From: Acidimicrobiia bacterium
GTDB taxonomy: Bacteria; Actinomycetota; Acidimicrobiia; Spongiisociales; ZC4RG35
NCBI GenBank assembly: GCA_965203555.1
Contig: CBDBCY010000004.1
Location: forward strand, 2,304,001-2,368,000
Direction: 5' to 3'
Length of the DNA: 64,000 nt
The position numbers were made by a program, and so were the translations under genes. Below are positions 7,320 to 15,846 of the stretch, piece after piece. The notes beneath the pieces are model-generated. The model had not been told where the DNA came from, did not search any database, and saw only the letters and a program-made list of their open reading frames with translations. Each line of letters opens with the position of its first letter. Position 1 is the stretch's first letter.

Positions 7320-8611
7320 TGACGGCGGTGGTCGGCAAGGTGCTGGATCGCATCGACCAGTCCCGGGAGGATCTCGCAGAATTGGCGCTGCGGCTGGGCA
7401 ACACCTACGGCCCGCTGGGAAACGAGGAGCCGACCGCCCGAGCAGTACACGAGTGGTACCGGGAAAACGGGATGGAAAGCCATCTGGTCCCCATGATCGA
7501 AGGTCGGGCCTGCGCAGTGGGACGAGTGCCGGGGGCGGGAGGAGGAAAGTCTCTGATCTTCAATGCTCACCTCGACACGGAAGCATCGGGGCCCGATTTC
7601 GATCTACTGATGGAAGCGCCGGATCCCAACCGGGTTGGCGCCCGCCGGGAAGGGGACCGCATATACGGACACACCGTCCAGAACGATCGGGGTTGCATGG
7701 CCGTGCAGATGATCGCCGGAAGGGCGCTGCTCGGCGCGGGAGCGCCTCTGCGGGGAGACCTGCTGCTCAAGTCGGCGGCAGGGGAGACCGGATCGGCCCC
7801 GGTGGACGAATACCAGGGGCTGCGTTACGAGTCGAAGGGGTTCGGCACCAACTGGCTGCTGGAACACGGCTACGCCGCCGACTACGCCGTCATTGCCGAG
7901 ACCACCGATTTTTCCGCATCGTGGGTTCAATGCGGCGCCGCATACTTCAAAATCACCGTTCGGGGCCGGAACATGTACACCCCGCGCCTGCAAAGACCGG
8001 CCGATTTTTCCGCCCATCCCAACGCCATCGTGCGGGCCGCGGCCCTGATCGGTGCGCTGGAGGAGTGGGCGATTGAGTATGAGAAGTCCCGGACAGTGGA
8101 AACTGCATGCGGCATGATGCGGCCCAAGTCCCAGATAGGGGCTATCAGAGGCGGGATCCCATGGCGGCCCAACCGCTCCTCCACCTATGCCGCCCTTTAC
8201 ATGGATGTGCGGACCCGTCCCGGAGACGACATCTCCGAGATAACTGCTTCCCTCCGCAACGCCATCTCCGCCACCGGGTTGGAGGCCGAACTTCGGCTGA
8301 TCATGTTCAAGCCCGGCTACGCCGCCTCCCAAGCTGCAATAGACCCGCTGTTGCGCGCCATCGCCGATTCGCACCGGTTCGTTCGGGGAGTGGATATGCC
8401 CGAACGCGCCGAATCGGCGGTGGTCTCGATGTGGCGAGATACCAACGTGTACAACCGGGTTGGAATTCCCGCCCTCACTTTCGGACCCAGCCGCGGGCAG
8501 GCTGCCGTGCAGGGGACCGGTTACATGCATCTGGACAATATGTTGGAGGGAGCCAAAATCTACGCTCTTACCGCCCTTTCTATCTGTGCCGGGGTTTCGC
8601 CCCCCTTGTGA
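7316..8611 (+). CDS. M20/ArgE/DapE-family amidohydrolase
   Basis: 'SLIFNAHLDT', 'IYGHTVQNDRG', 'AAGETG', 'ADYAVIAETT', 'GIPALTFGP'. Confidence 0.85.
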   Translation: MMTAVVGKVLDRIDQSREDLAELALRLGNTYGPLGNEEPTARAVHEWYRENGMESHLVPMIEGRACAVGRVPGAGGGKSLIFNAHLDTEASGPDFDLLMEAPDPNRVGARREGDRIYGHTVQNDRGCMAVQMIAGRALLGAGAPLRGDLLLKSAAGETGSAPVDEYQGLRYESKGFGTNWLLEHGYAADYAVIAETTDFSASWVQCGAAYFKITVRGRNMYTPRLQRPADFSAHPNAIVRAAALIGALEEWAIEYEKSRTVETACGMMRPKSQIGAIRGGIPWRPNRSSTYAALYMDVRTRPGDDISEITASLRNAISATGLEAELRLIMFKPGYAASQAAIDPLLRAIADSHRFVRGVDMPERAESAVVSMWRDTNVYNRVGIPALTFGPSRGQAAVQGTGYMHLDNMLEGAKIYALTALSICAGVSPPL

Positions 8612-9798
8612 CTTCGTCTTCTCCGGTCAGATCACCGCTTCGGTATGAGTGGATGGCCCATCTGGGTGGAATGGCGGTCATCACCGGGGTTCAACTGATC
8701 TCTCCCGCCCTTCCCGCCCTCGCCGAACGATTCGCCCTTTCAGAGTCCGAAGTCTCTTTGGTGATCAGCATCTATTTGGTCCCCGCCGCCTTGGCGTCGG
8801 TGCCGGCGGGGTTTCTGGCCGACCGGTTCGGAAGACGGTGGGTCTTCGGCGCCGGCCTGTGTCTGTTCGGCCTGGCGGGGGTGCTTCTGCCTGTGGTGGC
8901 GCAAGAGTCCTTCGGAGCCCTACTGGTAATCAGGTTCATGCAGGGATTGGGATTCGCGCCGGCCTTTCCCCTCACCATCACCATCCTGGGCGATCTGTAC
9001 AAGGGTCCGAGACTGGTTGGCGCGCTGGGACGGCGGTCGGTTCTGATGTCGGTGGCCGACGGCGGCTATCCCATCCTGGGCGGGATCCTGGTGGGCCTTT
9101 CCTGGCTGGCGCCATGGTATCTGCAGGCTCTGGCTCTTCCGATCGGTCTGGTGGTGCTGTTGACCTTTCGGGACTGGGTGCCGCTGGGCAGTCGGGGTGG
9201 CATGGGCGGTATGCGATGGCTCTGGCGCTCGGTGCGTTCCAAGGGCATCCTGTCCCTCCACTACGTGGGTTTTCTCCGGTTCTTCGTCAAGTTCGCTTTG
9301 CTCTCCTACCTCCCGCTGCTGCTGGTGATATCCCGGGACATGACAGCAGCCCAAGCCGGTCTGATACTGGGCACGGCCGCTCTGTGCGGGACCTTGGGAG
9401 CAGCCATGAGCGCAGTGTTGGCCCGCCTCGGCCCGGCGTCCCGGTGGGTCATTGCGGGAATGGTCGTGCAGGGCCTGGGATTGGTGGTGATGGCCTTTGC
9501 GACCCGACTCTGGGTTCTGATGACGGTTGCGGTGATTTACGGGCTGGCCGACGGCGTCCTGGGCACGTTTGTCAACGCTTACCTGGCGTCGGCCACCGAC
9601 CCTGAGCACCGGGCCAGTCTGGTGGCCGCCAATGGGGCCATTAAGAATTTTGGAAAGCTCCTAGCGCCCATCCTGTTGGGGATGATGGTGTTGGTGATGC
9701 CTCTGTCGGTGGGGTTCGCGATTGTGGCGGTCGTGTTGGTCGTCTCGGCCCCGACGGCCGGCCCTCTCCGAGCCTACGACTCCAGGATTTCAAGGTGA
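8608..9798 (+). CDS. MFS transporter
   Basis: Motif A 'GFLADRFGRR' and about 12 hydrophobic segments. Start taken as the GTG overlapping the upstream stop. Confidence 0.9.
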   Translation: MTSSSPVRSPLRYEWMAHLGGMAVITGVQLISPALPALAERFALSESEVSLVISIYLVPAALASVPAGFLADRFGRRWVFGAGLCLFGLAGVLLPVVAQESFGALLVIRFMQGLGFAPAFPLTITILGDLYKGPRLVGALGRRSVLMSVADGGYPILGGILVGLSWLAPWYLQALALPIGLVVLLTFRDWVPLGSRGGMGGMRWLWRSVRSKGILSLHYVGFLRFFVKFALLSYLPLLLVISRDMTAAQAGLILGTAALCGTLGAAMSAVLARLGPASRWVIAGMVVQGLGLVVMAFATRLWVLMTVAVIYGLADGVLGTFVNAYLASATDPEHRASLVAANGAIKNFGKLLAPILLGMMVLVMPLSVGFAIVAVVLVVSAPTAGPLRAYDSRISR

Positions 9799-9921
9799 GA
9801 GGGCCTTTTACGGCCCTGGCCCCGCCGAATAGGATACAATAGCCAATTTGAATCGCAGGCCGGGCGACGGCCTCCAAGTTGGACAAGGAAGAAAACAAGT
9901 AAACGAGCAAAGGAGAGAACA

Positions 9922-11982
9922 GTGCGAAAAAGATCTTGGCTATCGGCCTTGGTCGTGCTTATGGCCTTGGCGTTGATCACGGCTGCCTGTGGCGATGATG
10001 ACGAAGTCGCTGAAACGACCCAGGCGCCGACAACCACGGCGCCGCCGGCGGAGACTCCTGCGGAGGAACCTGCCGATGAACCGGCTGAAGAGCCCGCCGC
10101 AGAGCCCGAGGACATGGGCTGGGCGCCGAGTGGTGATGTGACGTGGATTGTGCCTTATAACCCTGGTGGTGGTTTTGATACTTACAGTCGGGGTTTGGCG
10201 CAGGTGTTGTCCGAGGGTGGTTTCCTGCCTGATGGTGTGACGGTGGTGGTGGAGAACATCACTCCGATCCAGCAGGGGGTTGCTGCGATGTTCAATGGTG
10301 ATCCTGATGGTCACACGATGGGTATTTTGCCGATGCCGGCTGCGATTGCCCAGGAGTTGATCAATCCGGAGATTTCTCCGTGGTCGACCGGGGAGTTCAC
10401 GGTGTTGGGTTCCATTGAGGAGAATGCCTACGTGTTGTATGTGGCTGCTGATGGTCCTTATCAGTCGATTGATGATTTGATGGGGGCTTCGGGGTTGAAT
10501 TCGTTGACGGTGGAGCGTGGTTCTTCGTCTTCGATCGCCAATGTGGTTGCCAGTGGCGCGTTGGGTTTGGATGCTCAGATCAACTTCGGCGCGGAGGGTT
10601 CTGAGGAGGCTGCGACTGCTTTGATCCGGGGTGATGTTGATTACATCGTTTATGGGACTACCGATTTGGTTGGTTTCATGGATTCTGGTGATTTGCGGGC
10701 GTTGTTGTTCCTGGGTACCGAGGATCAGCGTCCGGAGGCTTTGACCTGGTTGGCTGATGTTCCGAGCATCGCCGATGTCGGTTATCCGGAGGCTGCCGGT
10801 TCGGTGACCGAGTTGCGTGCGGTGGTGATGCCGCCCGGCCTGGACGACGAAGTAGCCGAATACTGGAGGAACACCCTGTACGAGGCGATGACTTCCGACG
10901 ATTTCGCCGCCTGGTCAGAAGAGGCCGGCCGGCCCATCATCCCCCGCGATGCGGAATCGGCCCGTGGCGTGATGGCCGCCCAGGTCGACACCATGAGAGC
11001 TCTCGATCCCGACCTGGTGGCGCAGTTGCGCTCCGAAGGAGCCGCGGCTGCTCCGAGTTGGGCGCCGAGTGGTGATGTGACGTGGATTGTGCCTTATAAC
11101 CCTGGTGGTGGTTTTGATACTTACAGTCGGGGTTTGGCGCAGGTGTTGTCCGAGGGTGGTTTCCTGCCTGATGGTGTGACGGTGGTGGTGGAGAACATCA
11201 CTCCGATCCAGCAGGGGGTTGCTGCGATGTTCAATGGTGATCCTGATGGTCACACGATGGGTATTTTGCCGATGCCGGCTGCGATTGCCCAGGAGTTGAT
11301 CAATCCGGAGATTTCTCCGTGGTCGACCGGGGAGTTCACGGTGTTGGGTTCCATTGAGGAGAATGCCTACGTGTTGTATGTGGCTGCTGATGGTCCTTAT
11401 CAGTCGATTGATGATTTGATGGGGGCTTCGGGGTTGAATTCGTTGACGGTGGAGCGTGGTTCTTCGTCTTCGATCGCCAATGTGGTTGCCAGTGGCGCGT
11501 TGGGTTTGGATGCTCAGATCAACTTCGGCGCGGAGGGTTCTGAGGAGGCTGCGACTGCTTTGATCCGGGGTGATGTTGATTACATCGTTTATGGGACTAC
11601 CGATTTGGTTGGTTTCATGGATTCTGGTGATTTGCGGGCGTTGTTGTTCCTGGGTACCGAGGATCAGCGTCCGGAGGCTTTGACCTGGTTGGCTGATGTT
11701 CCGAGCATCGCCGATGTCGGTTATCCGGAGGCTGCCGGTTCGGTGACCGAGTTGCGTGCGGTGGTGATGCCGCCCGGCCTGGACGACGAAGTAGCCGAAT
11801 ACTGGAAGCGGACTTTGATCACCGCCATGATGTCGGATGATTTCGCCGCCTGGTCAGAAGAAGCAGGCCGGCCCATCATCCCGCGTGGCGCCGAGTCCGC
11901 CAAGAACGTGATGGCCGCCCAGGTCGACACGATGAAGGCCCTGGATCCCGATCTGGTGGCGCAGTTGCGCTCCGAGGGATAA
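9922..11982 (+). CDS. Tripartite tricarboxylate transporter substrate-binding lipoprotein (TctC/Bug) with two tandem domains
   Basis: Lipobox 'ITAAC', acidic Pro/Ala linker, and 'VTWIVPYNPGGGFDTYSR' twice. Confidence 0.9.
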   Translation: MRKRSWLSALVVLMALALITAACGDDDEVAETTQAPTTTAPPAETPAEEPADEPAEEPAAEPEDMGWAPSGDVTWIVPYNPGGGFDTYSRGLAQVLSEGGFLPDGVTVVVENITPIQQGVAAMFNGDPDGHTMGILPMPAAIAQELINPEISPWSTGEFTVLGSIEENAYVLYVAADGPYQSIDDLMGASGLNSLTVERGSSSSIANVVASGALGLDAQINFGAEGSEEAATALIRGDVDYIVYGTTDLVGFMDSGDLRALLFLGTEDQRPEALTWLADVPSIADVGYPEAAGSVTELRAVVMPPGLDDEVAEYWRNTLYEAMTSDDFAAWSEEAGRPIIPRDAESARGVMAAQVDTMRALDPDLVAQLRSEGAAAAPSWAPSGDVTWIVPYNPGGGFDTYSRGLAQVLSEGGFLPDGVTVVVENITPIQQGVAAMFNGDPDGHTMGILPMPAAIAQELINPEISPWSTGEFTVLGSIEENAYVLYVAADGPYQSIDDLMGASGLNSLTVERGSSSSIANVVASGALGLDAQINFGAEGSEEAATALIRGDVDYIVYGTTDLVGFMDSGDLRALLFLGTEDQRPEALTWLADVPSIADVGYPEAAGSVTELRAVVMPPGLDDEVAEYWKRTLITAMMSDDFAAWSEEAGRPIIPRGAESAKNVMAAQVDTMKALDPDLVAQLRSEG
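10120..11979 (+). repeat. Intragenic direct duplication, period 939 bp
   Basis: 10120-10867 appears identical to 11059-11806 by eye. The last ~170-190 bp of each copy are diverged. Confidence 0.92.
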
Positions 11983-12008
11983 CCGAATAACGAAGTAGAG
12001 GTGTTGCC

Positions 12009-12046
12009 GAGGAGATGGCCGGGCCTGCAAACCCGGTCGTCTCCTC
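12009..12046 (+). terminator. Intercistronic stem-loop after the binding-protein gene (mRNA stabiliser or partial terminator)
   Basis: GAGGAGATGGCCGGG / CCCGGTCGTCTCCTC inverted repeat, no U-tract. Confidence 0.5.
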
Positions 12047-12076
12047 CACACCCGATGAGACAAGATCCGAGAGTAA

Positions 12077-14110
12077 ATGACACTTCTTGAGGGACTGACC
12101 TCCGCCGCCGATCTCCTGCTCAGTTGGCCGTTGCTGTTGTTCTTTTTGCTGGGAACGCTCAACGGCCTGGTATTTGGCATCCTTCCCGGCTTGAGCGGGT
12201 CGGTGGGAATCGCATTGATGATCCCTCTCACCTTCGGGATCGACATTTCGGAGGCGATCGTGTTGTTTACCGCCGCCCTGTCCGGGCAGACTTTCGCAGG
12301 TTCCATCACGGCCATACTGCTGAACACACCCGGGACCGCGCCCAATGCGGCCACTACCTTCGATGGCTATCAACTCTCCCGCCAGGGTAAGGCCGGGTAT
12401 GCCCTGGGGATATCGGCCATGGCGTCGTCGCTCGGTTCCCTGGTGGGCGTGGTAGTGCTGGTGGGTTTGCTGCCGGCGGTGAGAGTGTTCATACTCTCCT
12501 TCTCCTACCCCGAATTCATGCTGCTGGCATTGATGGGCCTGGCCGCCATCGCCGCGGCTTCCCGGGGGTCGCTCATCAAAGGGCTGATCGCCGGAGGGGT
12601 GGGAGTCATGCTGTCCTTCGTGGGACTGGGATCGTGGGGTCAGCGATATGTATTCAACTCTTTGAGCCTGATTGACGGGGTGGACGTGATTGCGGTGTTG
12701 ATCGGGCTGTTCGCCATCTCCGAGGTGGTGCGACTTCTGAAGCAGAACCGCCCCATCTCCCGGGTCGGGGACATGCCGCTTGACCGCTCGCAGGTCTGGC
12801 AGGGTATGTGGTACGTAATCAAAAAGCCGTTCCTGCTGATCCGCAGCGCCCTGGTGGGCACCGGTCTGGGGATCGTCCCGGCGGTGGGAGGGACGGTTGC
12901 ATCCTTCATGGCCTACTACCAGGCTATGCACACCACCAAGGACGGCAAGTTCGGGCAGGGCGATCCCAGAGGCGTGCTGGCGCCCGAAGCCGCCAACGAC
13001 GGAAAGGACGCCGGTGCGGCGCTTCCCACCCTGGCCTTCGGTCTGCCGGGCAGCTCCGACTGGGCGATCATCCTGGGCGCCATGGTGCTCTACGGGGTGG
13101 TGCCGGGACCGAATCTGTTGCGGGAGCGCCCCGATATCGTCTGGATTGCCATCATCGTCATCCTGGCCGCATCCTGGGTCACCTCGGCGATCGGTATAGC
13201 TGCTTCCCGCTGGCTGGTGCCGGTAACCAAGGTGCGGCCGTCCCTCCTGGCGCCGATCGTGGCGGTTTTGGCGCTGGTGGGGTCATTCGGACTGGAGCGG
13301 CAGTTCGTGGATGTCATATTCACCGTGGGGTTCGGCATCCTGGGCTATTACATGAAGATCCACCGGATGCCGGTGGTGCCGCTCATCCTGGGTCTGTTGC
13401 TGGGAGCCGAAGCCGAGCGTTCCTTTCACCTTTCGATGAACCTCTTTGATCAGGGTTTGCTGGTGTTTCTCACCCGGCCCATCTCCCTGGTCCTGCTGGC
13501 GGTGACCGCCTCTCTCCTGATCGGGTCGGTCTGGTCGGTGGCCCGGCGGCGCAAGAAGCTGGGCGGCGAGGCGGAGGTGGCGATCGCCCCCGCCGAGATG
13601 GGACTGGTGGCGTTCATCGGGGCGGTGATGCTGGCCGCCACTCTTTTCTCTTACACGTTCCCCGCCAACGAAGGGCGACTGTTTCCCCAAGTGGTGGGTT
13701 GGGGGACGGTGGCCCTGGTGTTGATTTTCCTGGTGGTGGCCCGAAACCCCGCCCTGCGGTCCCGTTGGGGATATTTCATCAGTGAGGAGCTGATCCATTT
13801 TGACAGGGGTCAGCAGGAGGAGGCGGAAGAGCCGGTCGTTGCCGAGATCGAATCGGACGACGATCAAGCTCGACGGGAGCGGGCCCTGTTGCTGTCGCTG
13901 TTCGGCTTCCTGGCGGTCGCTTGGCTGGCTGGGCTCAACCTGGTGGCGGTGCCGCTGTACGTCCTGGCCTTGATGAGATGGTTCGGGCGGGAGAAGTGGC
14001 GGACCTCGGTCATCGCGGCGCTGGTCACCACGGTCTTGATCTGGTTCATGATCAACTTCATTCTGAGTTCTCCCATTCACTGGGGTCTGCTGCTTGAGCC
14101 CCTTTTCTGA
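12077..14110 (+). CDS. Tripartite tricarboxylate transporter permease TctA with a fused C-terminal TctB-like region
   Basis: 'GILPGLSG', 'AILLNTPGTAPNAATTFDGY', 'GVLAPEAANDG', 'PTLAFGLPGS'. An extra ~170-aa hydrophobic tail contains 'LFPQVV'. Confidence 0.88.
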   Translation: MTLLEGLTSAADLLLSWPLLLFFLLGTLNGLVFGILPGLSGSVGIALMIPLTFGIDISEAIVLFTAALSGQTFAGSITAILLNTPGTAPNAATTFDGYQLSRQGKAGYALGISAMASSLGSLVGVVVLVGLLPAVRVFILSFSYPEFMLLALMGLAAIAAASRGSLIKGLIAGGVGVMLSFVGLGSWGQRYVFNSLSLIDGVDVIAVLIGLFAISEVVRLLKQNRPISRVGDMPLDRSQVWQGMWYVIKKPFLLIRSALVGTGLGIVPAVGGTVASFMAYYQAMHTTKDGKFGQGDPRGVLAPEAANDGKDAGAALPTLAFGLPGSSDWAIILGAMVLYGVVPGPNLLRERPDIVWIAIIVILAASWVTSAIGIAASRWLVPVTKVRPSLLAPIVAVLALVGSFGLERQFVDVIFTVGFGILGYYMKIHRMPVVPLILGLLLGAEAERSFHLSMNLFDQGLLVFLTRPISLVLLAVTASLLIGSVWSVARRRKKLGGEAEVAIAPAEMGLVAFIGAVMLAATLFSYTFPANEGRLFPQVVGWGTVALVLIFLVVARNPALRSRWGYFISEELIHFDRGQQEEAEEPVVAEIESDDDQARRERALLLSLFGFLAVAWLAGLNLVAVPLYVLALMRWFGREKWRTSVIAALVTTVLIWFMINFILSSPIHWGLLLEPLF

Positions 14111-14562
14111 TGCCCGCGCAGGAGTTTCGCCGCGAAGTGGTTGTCAATCTGAGCCGTCCCAGAATGTGGGAAGTGCTGTTGGATGTGGAGACGGTGGCCG
14201 GTTGGGTGGGTTTGATCGGTGAGGTGAGAGAGGTTGTTCCTCTTTCACACTATGTGGCGGTGCTCCAGGACCGGGTGGGTCCCTTTCGATTGAGGGCCGA
14301 CCTGGCAATCCTCGTCAAGGAAATGGATCGGGGGTCGAAGGTGGTGCTGGAGGCGGAAGGCGAGGATCGCCAGGTCCGTTCCCGGATAAAGGTGAATCTG
14401 ACCCTCCGTCTGTTCGACACCCCGGAGGACGCCACGGCCTTGCGGCTTCAGGGTCGCTACGAGGTCACCGGACGGGTGGCGACTCTGGGCGCCTCGCTCA
14501 TCAGGCACAAGGCCGAGACCATTTTAAACGAGTTCTGCGCCAGGGCGGCGAAGGCGGCCTAG
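14110..14562 (+). CDS. CoxG/SRPBCC family protein
   Basis: 'MWEVLLDVETVAGWV', 'VGPFRLR', 'VTGRVATLGASLIRHKAE'. Confidence 0.8.
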   Translation: MPAQEFRREVVVNLSRPRMWEVLLDVETVAGWVGLIGEVREVVPLSHYVAVLQDRVGPFRLRADLAILVKEMDRGSKVVLEAEGEDRQVRSRIKVNLTLRLFDTPEDATALRLQGRYEVTGRVATLGASLIRHKAETILNEFCARAAKAA

Positions 14563-14563
14563 C

Positions 14564-15358
14564 GTGGGTGTTCTCCCCCCTTTCCGGCTGTTGCGGCCCC
14601 GCACGGTCTCCCAGGCGCTGGCGTGGCTGGACTACGACCGGATGGCGTACGCGGGCGGCACGGAGTTGCTGCTGGCCATGAAGGAGGGTTTGCTGCGTCC
14701 CACCCACCTGGTGGATCTCAAGGGGATCGAGGGGATCGGCTCGGTGGAGGAATCCGGCGGCGAGGTGTCGATCGGGGCCCTGGTGACTCATACGCAGGCC
14801 GCCGATCATCCTGTCGTGCGGGACCGGATACCCGGATTGGCCCCGGTGCTCCGCAGGGTCGGCAACCCCAGGGTGCGATCCACCGGTACCCTGGCCGGCA
14901 ACCTGTGTTTTGCCGAGCCCCGCTCCGACGTGGCCGCGGCGCTGATCGCCCTGGGGGGTGAAGTGGAGATCGCTTCCGAAGGGGGCCGAAGGCGGATGCC
15001 GGTGGAGGATTTCGTGCTGGGTCCTTACACCACCGCATTGGAACCCGGACAAATGCTCACCCGGATCCTTGTTCCGATACGCCCCGATCTGCGGTTCGTA
15101 TATCTAAAACATCAGACCGCCGAGCGGCCCGCCCTGGGAGTGGCGCTGGCCGCCGGTTCGCATGTCTGCACGGTGGTGGGCGCGGTGGGCCTCAGCCCGC
15201 AGGTCTTCAAGTTGGGTTCGGTCTCCGATCTCGACCCAGGCGACATCGCGGGCCGGGTGGAGGTGATCGGGGACCTCACCGGGTCGGAGGAGTACAAAAG
15301 GCACCTGGTGGAGGTGTACCTGGGTCGGGCGGTCGACAGCATGGAGCGTGACCGATGA
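14564..15358 (+). CDS. Xanthine-dehydrogenase-family FAD-binding subunit (CoxM/CutM-like)
   Basis: 'YAGGTELL', 'LVDLKGI', 'IGALVTH', 'VGNPRVRSTGTLAGNLCFAEPRSD'. Confidence 0.92.
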   Translation: MGVLPPFRLLRPRTVSQALAWLDYDRMAYAGGTELLLAMKEGLLRPTHLVDLKGIEGIGSVEESGGEVSIGALVTHTQAADHPVVRDRIPGLAPVLRRVGNPRVRSTGTLAGNLCFAEPRSDVAAALIALGGEVEIASEGGRRRMPVEDFVLGPYTTALEPGQMLTRILVPIRPDLRFVYLKHQTAERPALGVALAAGSHVCTVVGAVGLSPQVFKLGSVSDLDPGDIAGRVEVIGDLTGSEEYKRHLVEVYLGRAVDSMERDR

Positions 15359-15846
15359 TCGGGGTGGAGACGGTCGAGATAACCCCGATGGTCAACGGGC
15401 GGGAGATGGTCGTTTCCGTGCCGGTGAGAATGACACTGGCCGAGATGCTGCGGGACCGGTTGGACCTGTTCGGCGTGAAGCTCAGTTGCGAGATGCAGGT
15501 GTGCGGGGTGTGTACCGTTCTGGTCGACGACCAACCGGTGTCCTCCTGCACCCTCCTGGCGGCCGACGTGGATCGAAGACGGGTACTGACCATTGAAGGT
15601 CTGGCGGACGGGGAGCAACTTCATCCCATCCAGCAGGCCTTCGTGGACCACTTTGCGTTGCAATGCGGCTTCTGCACCCCGGGATTCATATTGATGACCA
15701 AGCATCTGCTGGAGCGTTCGCCGGACCCGGGCCCCGATGAGATCGTTGAACACTTCGATGGGAATCTGTGTCGCTGCACCGGCTACGCGCCGATCATCGA
15801 GGCGGTGGCGGATGCGGCCGGCCGTCTGCGGGCCAATCCCTCATGA
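15355..15846 (+). CDS. Xanthine-dehydrogenase-family 2Fe-2S subunit (CoxS-like)
   Basis: 'SCEMQVCGVCTV..SSC', 'LQCGFCTPG', 'NLCRCTGY'. Confidence 0.95.
   Translation: MIGVETVEITPMVNGREMVVSVPVRMTLAEMLRDRLDLFGVKLSCEMQVCGVCTVLVDDQPVSSCTLLAADVDRRRVLTIEGLADGEQLHPIQQAFVDHFALQCGFCTPGFILMTKHLLERSPDPGPDEIVEHFDGNLCRCTGYAPIIEAVADAAGRLRANPS

Noticed and set aside
5374-8611. Type III CBASS operon around the TRIP13-like ATPase
   Set aside because: No CD-NTase, HORMA or effector gene is recognisable; the neighbours are metabolic enzymes.
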